Position numbers and translations under genes: made by a program. The notes under the pieces were generated by a model. It worked only from the letters and a program-made list of their open reading frames with translations, ran no database searches and was not told the origin of the DNA. 64,000 bases of DNA from Eledone cirrhosa (taxonomy: Eukaryota), in the NCBI GenBank assembly GCA_964016885.1, contig OZ024762.1, positions 28,644,001 to 28,708,000 of the forward strand. Direction: 5' to 3'. Shown here piece by piece: positions 1-11,979 of the stretch (the stretch's first letter is position 1; each line of letters opens with the position of its first letter).

Positions 1-59
1 GCTTCCATCAATTTTATAAAATGTCTGAAAACAACTTAGAAAAAATGAAAGTTGCTTAA

Positions 60-264
60 CCCTTTAACATTTACACTGGCCATAACTGACCAGAATTCTG
101 TCCCCTTTTTCTCTTTTAAACTGGCTGTAACTGGCCACTCTTACTGATGTTAAGGTATTGTTCTCTAAATAATATCAAAACCTCATAGATTCGATATTAT
201 GTAAGGTAATGACTTTACCATGGAAATATAATAGTATATATAGAATAATGTAAATGTTAAAGGG
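60..264. mobile_element. piggyBac-type MITE
   Basis: TTAA|CCCTTTAACATTTACA ... TGTAAATGTTAAAGGG|TTAA: 16-bp TIRs, CCC/GGG ends and TTAA target duplication. Confidence 0.8.
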
Positions 265-1908
265 TTAAACCCTGAAGAAAGGACTTTTAGGTCCCGAAAT
301 ATTGGACAAATAAAAGAACAACAACAAAAAAAAAAAAACAAAGATTACCAGGTAACTTTTACTTTTCCTTACCTCATCTTACAGTCCATTTTGCATTGTA
401 TCTCTTTTAACGTTATATATTATATAGAATGTTTCAAGCAAACTACATTTTATTATATATCATCATCACCATCATCATTAAAAACACGTCCACTTTACAG
501 TGTGGGCCGGGTGCTTGTTGGCCATGACACCTACCTCACTTTACAGTGTGGCGTGGGTACTTTTTGCCATGTCTTACGTGTCCTCTTTACAGTGTGGGCG
601 GGTGCGTTTCTTTTAAACGTCCTGTGTGGGTGGGATATATATATATATGTAGGTATCATCACCATTTAGCATATATTTTTCCATTCTTGCATGGGTTAGA
701 CGGGTCATCCACGCCAGGAGGCAAGTTTTAGCCAGGGTTGGCCATCTGTCGCACCTTGCTCAGGTGAGGTCTGTAAATTTAGTCGGGTATTTTACAGCTG
801 GATTCCCTTCCTAACATGAACCATGTTTACAGTGTGGAACTGGATGGCTCTGTTATGAGGAGGGACAGGGCAGTTGGCTGCACTGAGCCCATCTCACAGG
901 GGAACTATATTTTTGGGGGACCTGGTACTGGGTGCCACCACTGAAGAGGGGTAGCCAGTCAGCTGCTCCAAACCCATCTCACGAGGTTACCACAGTTTAG
1001 GGGCCTTGTACTAGATGATCCCGCTATAGTGATGGTGCAGCTGTAGTTTGACATAGCCTTGGTTTATATAAATAAATAAATATGACACAGGTATATTTCT
1101 ACAGTTTACCAATGTACCGTACTTACTGGCGCCAATAACGACCAATTTTAAAAAGAAAATAACAACCTTCGGCCTCCGGGACGTATGGTAGATTTTTGAG
1201 ACTTATTTTAGGGAAAAAGTAAGGTCTTCGATGCTGGGAAATGTGGTAACATTGTAAAATTTCCACTGTTAAATCTATCTCTGTATTTTAAGTATTCTCT
1301 ATTATGTCATACTGTTACTTTCTTACAAGTCCTATAAGATTGTATTTTTTGCTAAACTACCATAGAGCAGACCTCTGAAGAGATAGAAGGATATAATTTA
1401 TAGAGCATGCTGGAATACCACTACTTACATTGGAGAGAATAACTCTGGACAGAAAAATTGATATCTACAGTTTATCAATATAGAAATATAAAATTTCCAC
1501 TGTTAAATCTGTCTCTGCTTCTAAAGTATTCTCTATTATCTCATACTGTTTCTTTCTTATTTCAGAATATCAGATGAAATTTGGATAAATTATTATTTTC
1601 AATCTTGGATACATCACCTCTATTTATCATCATTTGAAGACTAAAACTTTCTTAACAGAACTTATATAACACTGTTTATATAAATCTCTCGTCGTATTGC
1701 TGTGAAATATTTCCTCAAAACAGTTTATTTTCATCACTATGAGATGGTTTTGTATTTTAACTAAACTTGGGTGAAAAAGAAGTTTGTATTATCTTCAGAT
1801 ATTAACTGAAATATAGTTGAGGGAAATATAGAAGAAGAAATATTTTATAAGAAATATAATATAAAAAATATTACAAGGAAAACATTTATATATTATGTTG
1901 AAGAAGAA

Positions 1909-3690
1909 ATGATTATGGAAAATAAATTGACTGAGAAGATTAAATGCAAAACACAATCTAAAGTGTTTAGTATTCCTGGTGAGATGACGAAAGTTGGAGA
2001 AGAGAAGCCATATCACTGTGATATCTGTGGTAAATCATTCAATAATCGTAGTGCCTTAACTACTCACAATGTTATACATACAGGAGATAAGCCCTATCAT
2101 TGTGATATCTGTGGTAAATCATTCAATAATCGTAGTACCTTAACTACTCACAAGCGTATACATACAAGAGACAAGCCATATCACTCTGATATCTGTGGTA
2201 AATCATTCAATAAACGTAGTATCTTAACTACTCACAAAGTTATACATACAGGAGACAAGCCATATCATTGTGAAATCTGTGGTAAATCATTCTCTCGAAG
2301 TAGTAATTTAACTACTCACAAACATATACATACTTGTGAGAAGCCATATTGTGATATCTGTGGTAAATCATTCACTGAAAGTAGCACCTTAATTAAGCAC
2401 AAACGTATACATACAGGAGATAAGCCACCTCGCTGTGACATCTGTAGTAAATCATTCTCTGATAATAGTACCTTAACTTCTCACAAACGAACCCATACAG
2501 GTGAGAAACTATATCACTGCGATATCTGTGGTAAATCATTCTCTCAAAGTGGTACCTTAACTAGCCACAAACGTGTACATACAGGAGACAAGCCATATCA
2601 CTGTGAGATCTGTGGTATATCATTCTCTGTTAGTAGTACCTTAACTAGACACAAACGTACACATACAGGAGATAAGCCATATCACTGTGACATCTGTGGT
2701 AAATCATTCTCTCGAAGTAGTCACTTAACTAACCACAAACATATACATACAGGAGACAAGCCATATCACTGTGATATCTGTGATAAATCATTTTCTCAAA
2801 GTAATGCCTTAATTAAGCATAAACGTACCCATACAGGAGGCATGCCATATCACTGTGATATCTGTGGCAAATCATTCTCTCTAAGTGGTACCTTAACTAG
2901 CCACAAACGTACCCATACAGGAGACAAGCCATACCACTGTGATATCTGTGGTAAATCATTTTCTCAAAGTAATGCCTTAACTAGCCACAAACGTATACAT
3001 ACAGGAGACAAGCCATATCACTGTGATATCTGTGGTATATTATTCTCTCAAAGTAATGCCTTAACTAGCCACAAACGTATACATACAGGAGACAAGCCAT
3101 ATCACTGTGAGATCTGTGGTATATCATTCTCTGTTAGTAGTACCTTAACTAGACACAAACGTACACATACAGGAGACAAGCCATACCACTGTGATATCTG
3201 TGGTATATCATTCTCTCAAAGTAGTCACTTAAATACTCACATACGTACCCATACAGGAGAGAAGCCATATCACTGTGATATCTGTGGTAAATCATTCTCT
3301 GAAAGTAGTTCCTTAATTAAGCATAAACGTATACATACAGGAGGCAAGCCATATCACTGTGATATCTGTGGCAAATCATTCTCTCTAAGTAGTACCTTAA
3401 CTAGCCACAAACGTATACATACAGGAGACAATCCATATCACTGTGATATCTGTGGTAAATCATTCTCTGAAAGTAGTTCCTTAATTAAGCATAAACGTAT
3501 ACATACAGGAGGCAATCCATATCACTGTGATATCTGTGGCAAATCATTCTCTCTAAGTAGTACCTTAACTAGCCACAAATGTATACATACAGGAGACAAG
3601 CCATATCACTGTGATATCTGTGGCAAATCATTCTCTGGAAAAAGTAGCCTAACTACTCACAAACTTATACATGCAGAAGAGAAATCATAA
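1909..3690 (+). CDS. Tandem C2H2 zinc-finger protein, 20 fingers (finger 3 has C>S), no recognisable effector domain; start may be ATG 1915
   Basis: Repeated [10 protein letters not shown]...H with TGDKPY linkers; acceptor-like TTCAG at about 1798 just upstream. Confidence 0.93.
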   Translation: MIMENKLTEKIKCKTQSKVFSIPGEMTKVGEEKPYHCDICGKSFNNRSALTTHNVIHTGDKPYHCDICGKSFNNRSTLTTHKRIHTRDKPYHSDICGKSFNKRSILTTHKVIHTGDKPYHCEICGKSFSRSSNLTTHKHIHTCEKPYCDICGKSFTESSTLIKHKRIHTGDKPPRCDICSKSFSDNSTLTSHKRTHTGEKLYHCDICGKSFSQSGTLTSHKRVHTGDKPYHCEICGISFSVSSTLTRHKRTHTGDKPYHCDICGKSFSRSSHLTNHKHIHTGDKPYHCDICDKSFSQSNALIKHKRTHTGGMPYHCDICGKSFSLSGTLTSHKRTHTGDKPYHCDICGKSFSQSNALTSHKRIHTGDKPYHCDICGILFSQSNALTSHKRIHTGDKPYHCEICGISFSVSSTLTRHKRTHTGDKPYHCDICGISFSQSSHLNTHIRTHTGEKPYHCDICGKSFSESSSLIKHKRIHTGGKPYHCDICGKSFSLSSTLTSHKRIHTGDNPYHCDICGKSFSESSSLIKHKRIHTGGNPYHCDICGKSFSLSSTLTSHKCIHTGDKPYHCDICGKSFSGKSSLTTHKLIHAEEKS

Positions 3691-3819
3691 CGCATTGACA
3701 TTAGTGATAAATCATTACCTCAAATTTGTGAATTAATGAGAATAAAAATACATATCTTTATGACATCTGATGGAAATCATTCTCTTTGAAAGTTACATTA
3801 ACTACACACAAACATATAT

Positions 3820-4253
3820 ACTAGACCTGAAAAATGTGCAAGCTCAAAAGAGCCTCAGAATGTTATAATAAACCTTCAAAAGAGTGCGACTAGAGTTGTT
3901 GCTCAAAAATTTTGTAATCATTATCTATCGTACACTCTGTGGCATCCTTTTATAAAAAAGAGACTCATAACGAACTCAAGACAACACAATAATTATTTAA
4001 GCTAATGTTCAATATCTCATATTAGATGTTTAGTAATGATTAATACGAAATGCACTTAAACCAAATTCTATATTATAAATTCACTTAAATAATTATCGTG
4101 TTGTCTTGAGTTCTTTTTTATAAAACTATGCCACAGAGTGTACGATAGATAATGATTACAATAGTTTTGAGCAACAACTCTAGTCCCACACTTTTGAAGG
4201 TTTATTATAACATTCTGTGGCTCTTTTGAGCTTGTGCATTTTTCAGGTCTAGT
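3820..4253. mobile_element. Foldback/MITE-like element with ~180-bp inverted arms downstream of the ZNF stop
   Basis: ACTAGACCTGAAAAATG... and ...CATTTTTCAGGTCTAGT; arms about 3820-4001 and 4084-4253. Confidence 0.85.
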
Positions 4254-4269
4254 TTAATATTTTAAACCC

Positions 4270-5500
4270 AGCTTCTTCTTGAACTTGTCCAAGTTCTGCC
4301 TTTCTCTCACACTTACATAACATATCCTACAAAGCATGGTTGTTTCATTCCTCTCCTGTCTACATATCCTCTGCAGTCACACCCTTGTTTTGTTACCATT
4401 CATCATTGCACATCACCCACATGTGTCATACAGTTGTCCTTTTGTACAGAGAGAAACCTTTTGTGGTCAACTGTTGCAGTAGCTCTCTAAACTTTTCCAT
4501 CCTATCCTTATTCTAACTATTCATCTTTCAGAGCAGCCCCCTCCACTGCTAATTAAGTCACCTAGATTGCAAAAGCTATCAACCACTTCTATGTGTATCT
4601 AATTTCATATATAATTAAGCCTGACAATTACAAGATTTACCTCCCTTTTTGACAATATGAAACTCTCCTCTGTTTGGGGTGAAAATTGTTGGAGGAAAGA
4701 ACTTCCTTTTAATATATTTTCAGCATGCCTAATGAAGGGTCTGTTTGGAAGTGCCTCCCCCCATTAAACAGTGGTGGCCATAAGTGTACTCAGAAACCAG
4801 TGGTCACACATATATGTTATGTGTAAGAAACATTATTTACACTAAATAGACTATGGGTCCACAAGAGATTTAGTGGGATACAAGATAAGTTAGTTAAGAA
4901 AGTAGGTTTCACATGGGGTCATTGCACTGGAACAGTAACAAGCAATTGCTTGTAGGAGACAAGCTCTATCATATATTTAAAGGGTTCCATAGAAGCAGTT
5001 GACAGTTTCTGTTACCAAATTAGCAGAGGTAGGTGTTCTGAAAGTACAGAAACAAGAGTAAGAACAAGATGGCAGAGGTTTATGATGCTACTACTACTGC
5101 TAGCTACAAAAGGTTGTTTCACCAAATTGATGTGTGCATATGAACAGCAATACTGCATTGCAGCGAGGACCTCAAGATTGGATAGAAATAAAACTTGAAT
5201 TCTCCAATGGATGTGTCCTATGAATATACATGATGGGGAAAGTATAACTAAACTGAGAGGGATAAGATACAGTATGCAGGAGAAGAGATTGCTGTGTTAT
5301 GGACATGTGATGTGTATGAAGGTAGAGATGCTGTATAAAAGGTTGACCGCTTGAAATTGATGGAAGAGGAAGACCTAGGAAAGCTTGGGATGAGGAGGTA
5401 AAAAATTGACCTGACACCATTGTATCTCTCAAAGGTGATGACACAAGAGGATTCAAATCTCTGGCGTTATACAGTACTGCAGCAGACCTGCATTCCAATG
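4270..5500. mobile_element. Old, degraded RTE LINE 3' fragments in both orientations
   Basis: Patchy similarity to the 3' part of the RTE copies at 18.8-19.4 kb and 35.0-35.6 kb. Confidence 0.55.
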
Positions 5501-5689
5501 TGCACGGGATGAAGCAGCATATAGTGGTTTGAAGTATGCTCTAATTTTCCTCCTCCCCACGTCTTAACACTCCACCCCCTTACCAGCTAAGTACACCACC
5601 CTGACCTACCGCTCCAATCCCCACCCTACATACACATAACCCCACCCCCACTTTCACATCTGATACACCTCTCTTGACCAACCCATGTA

Positions 5690-6282
5690 TACAAGTATGG
5701 AAAGCTTAACATGCTCTCCTCCAATGCTGCTTAAATGGCTAAAAGCCCTCAGACAACCCTGTAAGGTGGTCATGCAGGTGTCATGACAAAAGAACACAGA
5801 GTCCTCTCTGTTAGGTAATATGACAAAAGAGTACCTAACCCTCACTGCAAGGTAGTCATGCTGGTGACATGACAAATAAACACCCAGTGATGTAGACATG
5901 ACAGGAGGCCCCTAACCCACCCTGTAAAATGGTCATGCTAGTGGCAAGACTGAAGGGACCCGAACCATCCTTCAAAGTGGTCAAATTCGTGACATGACAA
6001 AGAGCACCAAGTCTGCTCTGTTAGTTGGTGGTTGTCATGATGATGACACAACAAAAAGCACCGAGTCCACCCTGTAGGTTGGTCATGTTAGCAACACAAC
6101 AATAAATACCAAGTCCACCCTGTAAATGTTGTTGGAGTTAGGAAGGGTATCCAGCCATAGAAACCAACCAGAGATGGTTCTAGCATGAGCAAGACACGGT
6201 TATTTGATCTAGGTTTTCACACAACAGGATAACTCGTCTGACCCATGCTAGCATGTAAAATGGAGTTTAAATTGTGATGAGG
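5690..6282 (+). repeat. Degenerate ~55-60 bp tandem array ending in an RTE/SINE-type 3' tail
   Basis: Recurrent CACCCTGTA..GTGGTCATG..GACATGACAAAA; then GTTAGGAAGGGTATCCAGCC...ACCCATGCTAGCATG...GATGA as at the LINE end 35820-35966. Confidence 0.6.
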
Positions 6283-6671
6283 ATAAATACAATATATGAA
6301 TATACACATATATATTATATTCTTTTATTCTTATACCTGTTCCAGCCATCTGGATGAGGCCATGCTGGGGGACTGCCCTTGAGATATATGTATATATATA
6401 TATATGAAAATAATTTGCTTTGATTCGTGAAGCTGTTCCCTGGCAATGAACGGAAAAAAGCGAAGTTAATACGTCGTTATGTGGAGAGGTGACAACAATT
6501 ACACGTAAAGACAAAACCACGTTTATGGTATAAATGGAGTCGTAGACTAATATTCTATTTAGGAAACTGAATGATTCTCGGCTTCGGAGTTCAAAATAAT
6601 GTAAATAAATTACGCCAAAATGGCGTAGGACAGAAGAAAGGAAAGGCACAGAAACAAAGAAAGGAATCCCC

Positions 6672-6716
6672 AGTCACTGAAGAGGTCACAGAGTGTGTGA
6701 CGAAAGGACTATGACT
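6672..6716 (+). ncRNA. Minimal type I hammerhead ribozyme motif
   Basis: AGTCA-CTGAAGA-G-GTCACA..TGTGAC-GAAA-GGAC-TA-TGACT; stems I and II pair. Confidence 0.6.
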
Positions 6717-7330
6717 ATATATAAACAACTATCTGGTTGTGGAACCAACCAACCAACCAGAAATTTATAAGTTTGTAGATTTGTAAATTTATAAATATAT
6801 AATAAATTGAAGTGAAAGCAACTGGTGCGTGTGTTTCTTATTGGCAACATGACCCTCCCAAAGTATAACAATATCGGTTTCAACACACGATTTCAGATAA
6901 AGAATCTTGCTAAACAAATTCAGAAACGAAATAAATAAATTAGTTGAACGAAAATGATAGAGGTTATTAAAATCAGGAAAGTAATAATAATTAAATATAT
7001 ACATACACACATCTATACACGTGCATATGCGAAAACATACACCATGCATGCATATACATGCACGTACACATAAACACGTGCACACGGACGTAAACCAGCG
7101 CGACACATATACCCGCACACGTACGAACGTATAAATATGTTTGTGTGTGTGTATATACATATATAAATATACATGCATAAATGCGTATAGAACGCACACT
7201 CACACATACCTACAGGTAAATACACATATGTTCACCAAACGTACATATACCAAAACCCTATGTACACATATACACACCATACATACGTGCAAACACACAC
7301 ACACTCATACATACCCATATATATATATAT

Positions 7331-7480
7331 GAATATTATCTCTAAAGCTCCTCCATTCAATGCTTCATCTGAAAATTGTGCTCTTTGTATAGAAGAAATA
7401 TTCTTTATATTAAAAGCTAAACATTCTGTTAATTTAAGGAATAATCTTTTCAGTTCTTGTAAACATCGGTTGAATTCAAC
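7331..7480 (+). mobile_element. Penelope-like element, C-terminal fragment of the GIY-YIG region
   Basis: IISKAPPFNASSENCALCIEEIFFI...NLRNNLFSSCKH resembles the CxLCxxE...NxR...CxH tail at 10650-10760. Confidence 0.6.
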
Positions 7481-8309
7481 GTTTAAATATATATATATAA
7501 AATGTAATACATAACTCATCTTTATTACACCAATCGATAAATCATTAGATTCCTTCATGTGACTGTTTATAACTCTCTTGAAACATTTTTTTCTTGGAAG
7601 TTTTTCTTGATAAACGTACTGAAAGATTTAAAGAAAATTTTTTGAAAATTCCTCTGACGGGTATAAGAAAATTATAATTCATATTTTATACTGTGTATTT
7701 TATATTTCTATATTCTTATATTTTTTTAATTCATTATAATTCATATTTTATATTGTGTATTTTATATTTCTATATTCTTATATTTTTCAAATGTTTAATA
7801 TATATATATATGTAAATATTTATATATATATGAGATAAACATAGTGATTTTGATGTATATGGTATAACCTAAAATTTATACTTTAAATATATTCTATAAA
7901 TATACTCTTATGAAAGAGTTTTTTATGCTTTATGCTTTGGATATAATCCTATGAAAATTTTAAATATTATAATTTCTATATGTTATGACGTTATAGCAAG
8001 CAAATTTATGTTTTAACAGTTATAACTGTATGACAGCTAAAATTATGAATTTATAAATTTATAACTTACTATAAAATAACATAGGATTCATACTCTAATT
8101 ACATTATTAAGATGGAAAATTTAAATTTTTAACCTTATAGCATTTAATCCTTAGAGTTACCTGAATTATTAATAAATCACTAACAATTTTCCTTCACTCT
8201 GTATTGCTATTATAATACAAATAAGGGATTATTCTTCTGTAAACTCTCTGAATTTCTATCGGTTTAGAATTGTTCGGATACTTTAAACCTACAATTTTTT
8301 AATAATTAA

Positions 8310-8480
8310 TGTTTCTATTTTAGGCACAAGGCCAACAATTAACAGTGCATTACTGGTACTTTATTTTATCGACCCCGTAAGGATGAAAGACAAAGTTAAC
8401 CTCAGCAGGATTTGAACTCAGATCGTAAAGGGACGTAACTATGCTGGAAAGCATGTCCAACCCTCCACCGATTCTGCCAT
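8310..8480 (-). mobile_element. SINE copy (Nin/Deu-domain-like)
   Basis: Reverse-complement match to the SINE at 50441-50640. Confidence 0.75.
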
Positions 8481-8851
8481 GGTTTTGTAATAATAGTATA
8501 TTTTTTAATAGTATATATAAATATATATAAAAGTTTTTTTAACATACACATTTAAACTACTGATTGAATTGATAAATTATTAATTAAACATTTAATCAAA
8601 TTTATTAATTAAACCCTAGATAAAATTCTTCAACCTATCATTATAATGAATCCGGCTATTATTCATCTACGATATATTCATTTCTTCGCTTCTTCTCTCA
8701 TAACGTAAACAATAATTACGCTATTACTGTCCTTATAACTAATATTCTCTCTCACTTAAATATACTCATGTTGTTTCTCTTTCTCTTTCTTTTTCTATTT
8801 CTTTTTCTCTTTTCCCTCTTCCAACGGCGTAATTTAAATATACTGTTATTT

Positions 8852-9841
8852 GGCATAGGTTAAGTTTAACGTTCGAGAAAATGAAAGTAGATTTTCTGAC
8901 AAGTGAATGTTTTTTTGTTTTTTTTAAAGTGACAGTTACGATACACTGTTTGTTTGTTTACAACAGGTCTCTATAGTGATATGGTGTTAATTAGTATTGC
9001 ATGTGTGATTATTTTTTCTTTTTCTTTTTTTGTGTATTGTGTGTACGGAAAATGACATTGTGTGTTGAAAGAAAGAAATTTTTTTTAAATAACTACATAG
9101 ACGTTTGTTGCATATAACATATAAATTGACGTACCTTATCAACATCCTTATTCTGGACGCTGCTGCCTCATCGAAGTCCCAGATCGAAGCCGTGAGACTC
9201 TTGTCCCCATCATACAGGAATGGATTTTGCCAGGAAGCCACATCATGTCCGATGGTTGGCGTTCCTATTCTGATATTGAAGAAATTCAAGGTGGCATTTA
9301 CCTCCATGATGTTGTTGTGCACCAACGGAACTTTGTCGATCCTGAAGACCCTAATGTGCACACACAACTCATAGAGAACACTTGGAGCCGTGCAAAGAAA
9401 AAGCTTCGTCGACAACATGGGACAAGCGACGATTTATTCCCCTCATATTTAGCTGAATTTCTTTGGCGGCAGAGAGTTGGTGCCAACAAGTTTGGCGAGA
9501 TGATCAACTGTATTTCAGCTATTTATACGGTCTAATAAGGATGTTGATAAGGTACGTCAATTTATATGTTATATGCAGCAAACGTCTAACTATGTATTCA
9601 TTTTAAAAAAATGTCTTTCTTTCAACACACAATGTCATTTTCCGTACACACAATACACAAAAAAAGAAAAAGAAAAAATAATCACACACGCATTACTAAT
9701 TAACACCATATCACTATAGAGACCTGTTGTAAATAAACAAACAGTGTATCGTAACTGTCACTATAAAAAAAACAAAACAAACACATTCACTTGTCAGAAA
9801 ATCTACTTTCATTTTCTCGAACGTTAAACTTAACCTATGCC
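8852..9841 (+). mobile_element. Merlin (IS1016/IS1595-like) non-autonomous DNA transposon with ~300-bp inverted repeats
   Basis: IRs 8852-9152 and 9534-9841 starting GGCATAGG; the interior encodes a transposase C-terminus; no TSD seen. Confidence 0.85.
9152..9535 (+). pseudogene. Merlin DDE transposase, C-terminal fragment
   Basis: VPDRSRETLVPII..I.PGSHIMSDGWRSY...VVHQRNFVDP..NVHTQLIENTW...YLAEFLWR; second D and the E are present, the N-terminus is missing. Confidence 0.88.
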
Positions 9842-10079
9842 CGTGAAGGTTGCATTTTTCAGGGTATGTCAATATTTATTTATAAAATCAAATCTATATT
9901 ATATTTTATCTGATGAAAGCGCACCATAATCTGCCTTGGTGGCCCTTGAAACAAATATGGTTTTATAAATATAGTTTCCATTTGTTAATATATTGTATAT
10001 TTACTCCAATTAATTTGTTGAGTGCTTTATATCAGTTATAAAAATATTTTGCTTGTTGTATCCCAACAAATTAAATATA

Positions 10080-10162
<83 letters not shown>

Positions 10163-10192
10163 AACAAAAGATGGTTAAAAGAGTTCCATGTA

Positions 10193-10259
10193 TTTTATTA
10201 TGCGCATTTCAAAAACAAATATCATCATGCAATAATATTTGTGTTTTCATCAGATAAAA
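10193..10259 (-). ncRNA. Type I hammerhead ribozyme motif (mirror copy)
   Basis: Reverse complement of 11765-11831. Confidence 0.75.
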
Positions 10260-10445
10260 CAGGAAGACATGATATGAAGGTTAAAAAACACTTGTGGATA
10301 GTGCAGTTTTAAATCAACATATGAAAAGTAGTTTTAGATTGATGTGTGATATTGGGAAAAAAATATTTTATTTTGGGGGGGGGGGGGGTGAAAAAGAGGA
10401 GGAGATGAGAGTAAAAAGTGGAGAGGGAGGAGTATAATGAGGAAG

Positions 10446-10792
10446 CTGACACCAATTCCTTCACCTATTTTGGCTCCACTTCCACCTCTTTTAAAGCTCG
10501 TCTTTATAACCATCATTTGTCTTTTAAATACAAACTTAAAAGAACCAACACGGCTCTCTCAGAACTCATATGGTCCTTGAAAGACAAAAATATTAAATAT
10601 AGCATCTTTTGGAAGAAGGTTTCTTCTGCGTCTCCATACTTGAACAGTTCTCTATCCAAAATTTGCAATCTCTGTCTAAATGAAAAATTTACCATTATAT
10701 CTAATATAGATTCTATAATAAATAGACGCACTGACTTGTTTTCTATCTGCTTGCATAAATTCCACAAAACATTCCACAAAGTATACAGCTAA
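10446..10792 (+). pseudogene. Penelope-type GIY-YIG endonuclease fragment
   Basis: YFGSTSTSFKARLYNH..SF...TALSELIWSLK..I.W...CNLCLNEK..I...INRR...CLH. Confidence 0.85.
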
Positions 10793-11764
10793 TATTCTTT
10801 ATCAATTTAGAATCTTTTTCTCAAAGGCACATATATATATATACACTTCTTTAAAAATATACCCATCTTTCTACCTTATTTCAAAGATTATTATACATTC
10901 TATAATACTTGTTACTCATTCTATATCGCTCCTACATATACCAAAACCCTATGTACACATATACACACCCATATATACACTTCCCTTTCTTCTCTTTTTC
11001 TTTTAATGTCTAACCCCTAATCTGTACCTTTTCTCACTGTTGCCTAACATAGAATCAATTATTACATAATACAATACATTCTTACTCTATATCACCTTGT
11101 AAAAATCCTTCGTAAACAAACATTTTTTTGACGTTAGATTATTCATCCTCAATTCATTATTTTTTCTCCCTTTCATCTAACTCATTCATGCTCATCTCAC
11201 AATATATCCTTACTTAAATTACCTGTTGTTCTTTTTAATAATACATATCAACATTTTCTTCCCATCGCACATATTATTAAACCCTTAAATATCATTCTTA
11301 ATACATATTAACTTTTTCTTTTCCATCGCACATGTTATTAAACCCTTAAATATTATTCTTAATACATATTAACATTTTCTTTTCATCGCACATATTATTA
11401 AACCCCTCAATATACAAACCTTAACTTTACATTATTTTTCTCTTCGTTAATTTTCAAATTCTTTTAATTTATACATTATCTTCCAACGGTTTTCAACCTC
11501 TCTATGTAAAACAATATATCTTTCTCAGTTATAAAAGCTATCTCTCTCTCTCTATCACCCATCTCTCCTCCTATCTTATCCTTCCTCATTATACTCCTCC
11601 CTCTCCACTTTCTACTCTCATCTCCACCTCTTTTTCACCCCCCCCCCCCTCAAAATAAAATATTTTTTTCCCAATATCACATCAATCTAAAACTACTTTT
11701 CATATGTTGATTTAAAACTGCACTATCCACAAGTGCTTTTTAACCTTCATATCATGTCTTCCTG

Positions 11765-11831
11765 TTTTATCTGATGAAAACACAAATATTATTGCATGAT
11801 GATATTTGTTTTTGAAATGCGCATAATAAAA
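11765..11831 (+). ncRNA. Type I hammerhead ribozyme motif
   Basis: TTTTAT-CTGATGA-AAACACAAATATT..GATATTTGTTTTT-GAAA-TGCGCA(palindrome)-TA-ATAAAA. Confidence 0.78.
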
Positions 11832-11979
11832 TACATGGAACTCTTTTAACCATCTTTTGTTCTTATATATTATGTATACTCCAGTCCTACAAACTGTAGA
11901 GTGCTTCTTATCCGATATCTGCATTGCTTTATTGTACTACAATAAAACTCACCTCCTACATATATATATATATATATAT

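Larger units (their letters stand above)
1..4263 (+). repeat. Segmental duplication copy A (ZNF locus; may extend left of the window)
   Basis: Near-identical to 22117-26140 including the MITEs, upstream non-coding DNA and ZNF ORF. Confidence 0.95.
10155..11870 (+). mobile_element. 5'-truncated Penelope-like element with inverted pLTRs
   Basis: Inverted repeats about 10155-10445 and 11580-11870, each carrying a hammerhead, flank a GIY-YIG fragment; inserted in (TA)n. Confidence 0.85.

Noticed and set aside
6789-7332. Several C/V/Y/I-rich ORFs (also 13.7-14.1, 21.2-21.9, 51-52 and 60.6-61.2 kb)
   Set aside because: Products of (TA)n and (CA)n low-complexity sequence
9152-9535. Bacterial IS1595 contamination or horizontal transfer
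   Set aside because: Motifs fit eukaryotic Merlin and the flanks are host-type repeats
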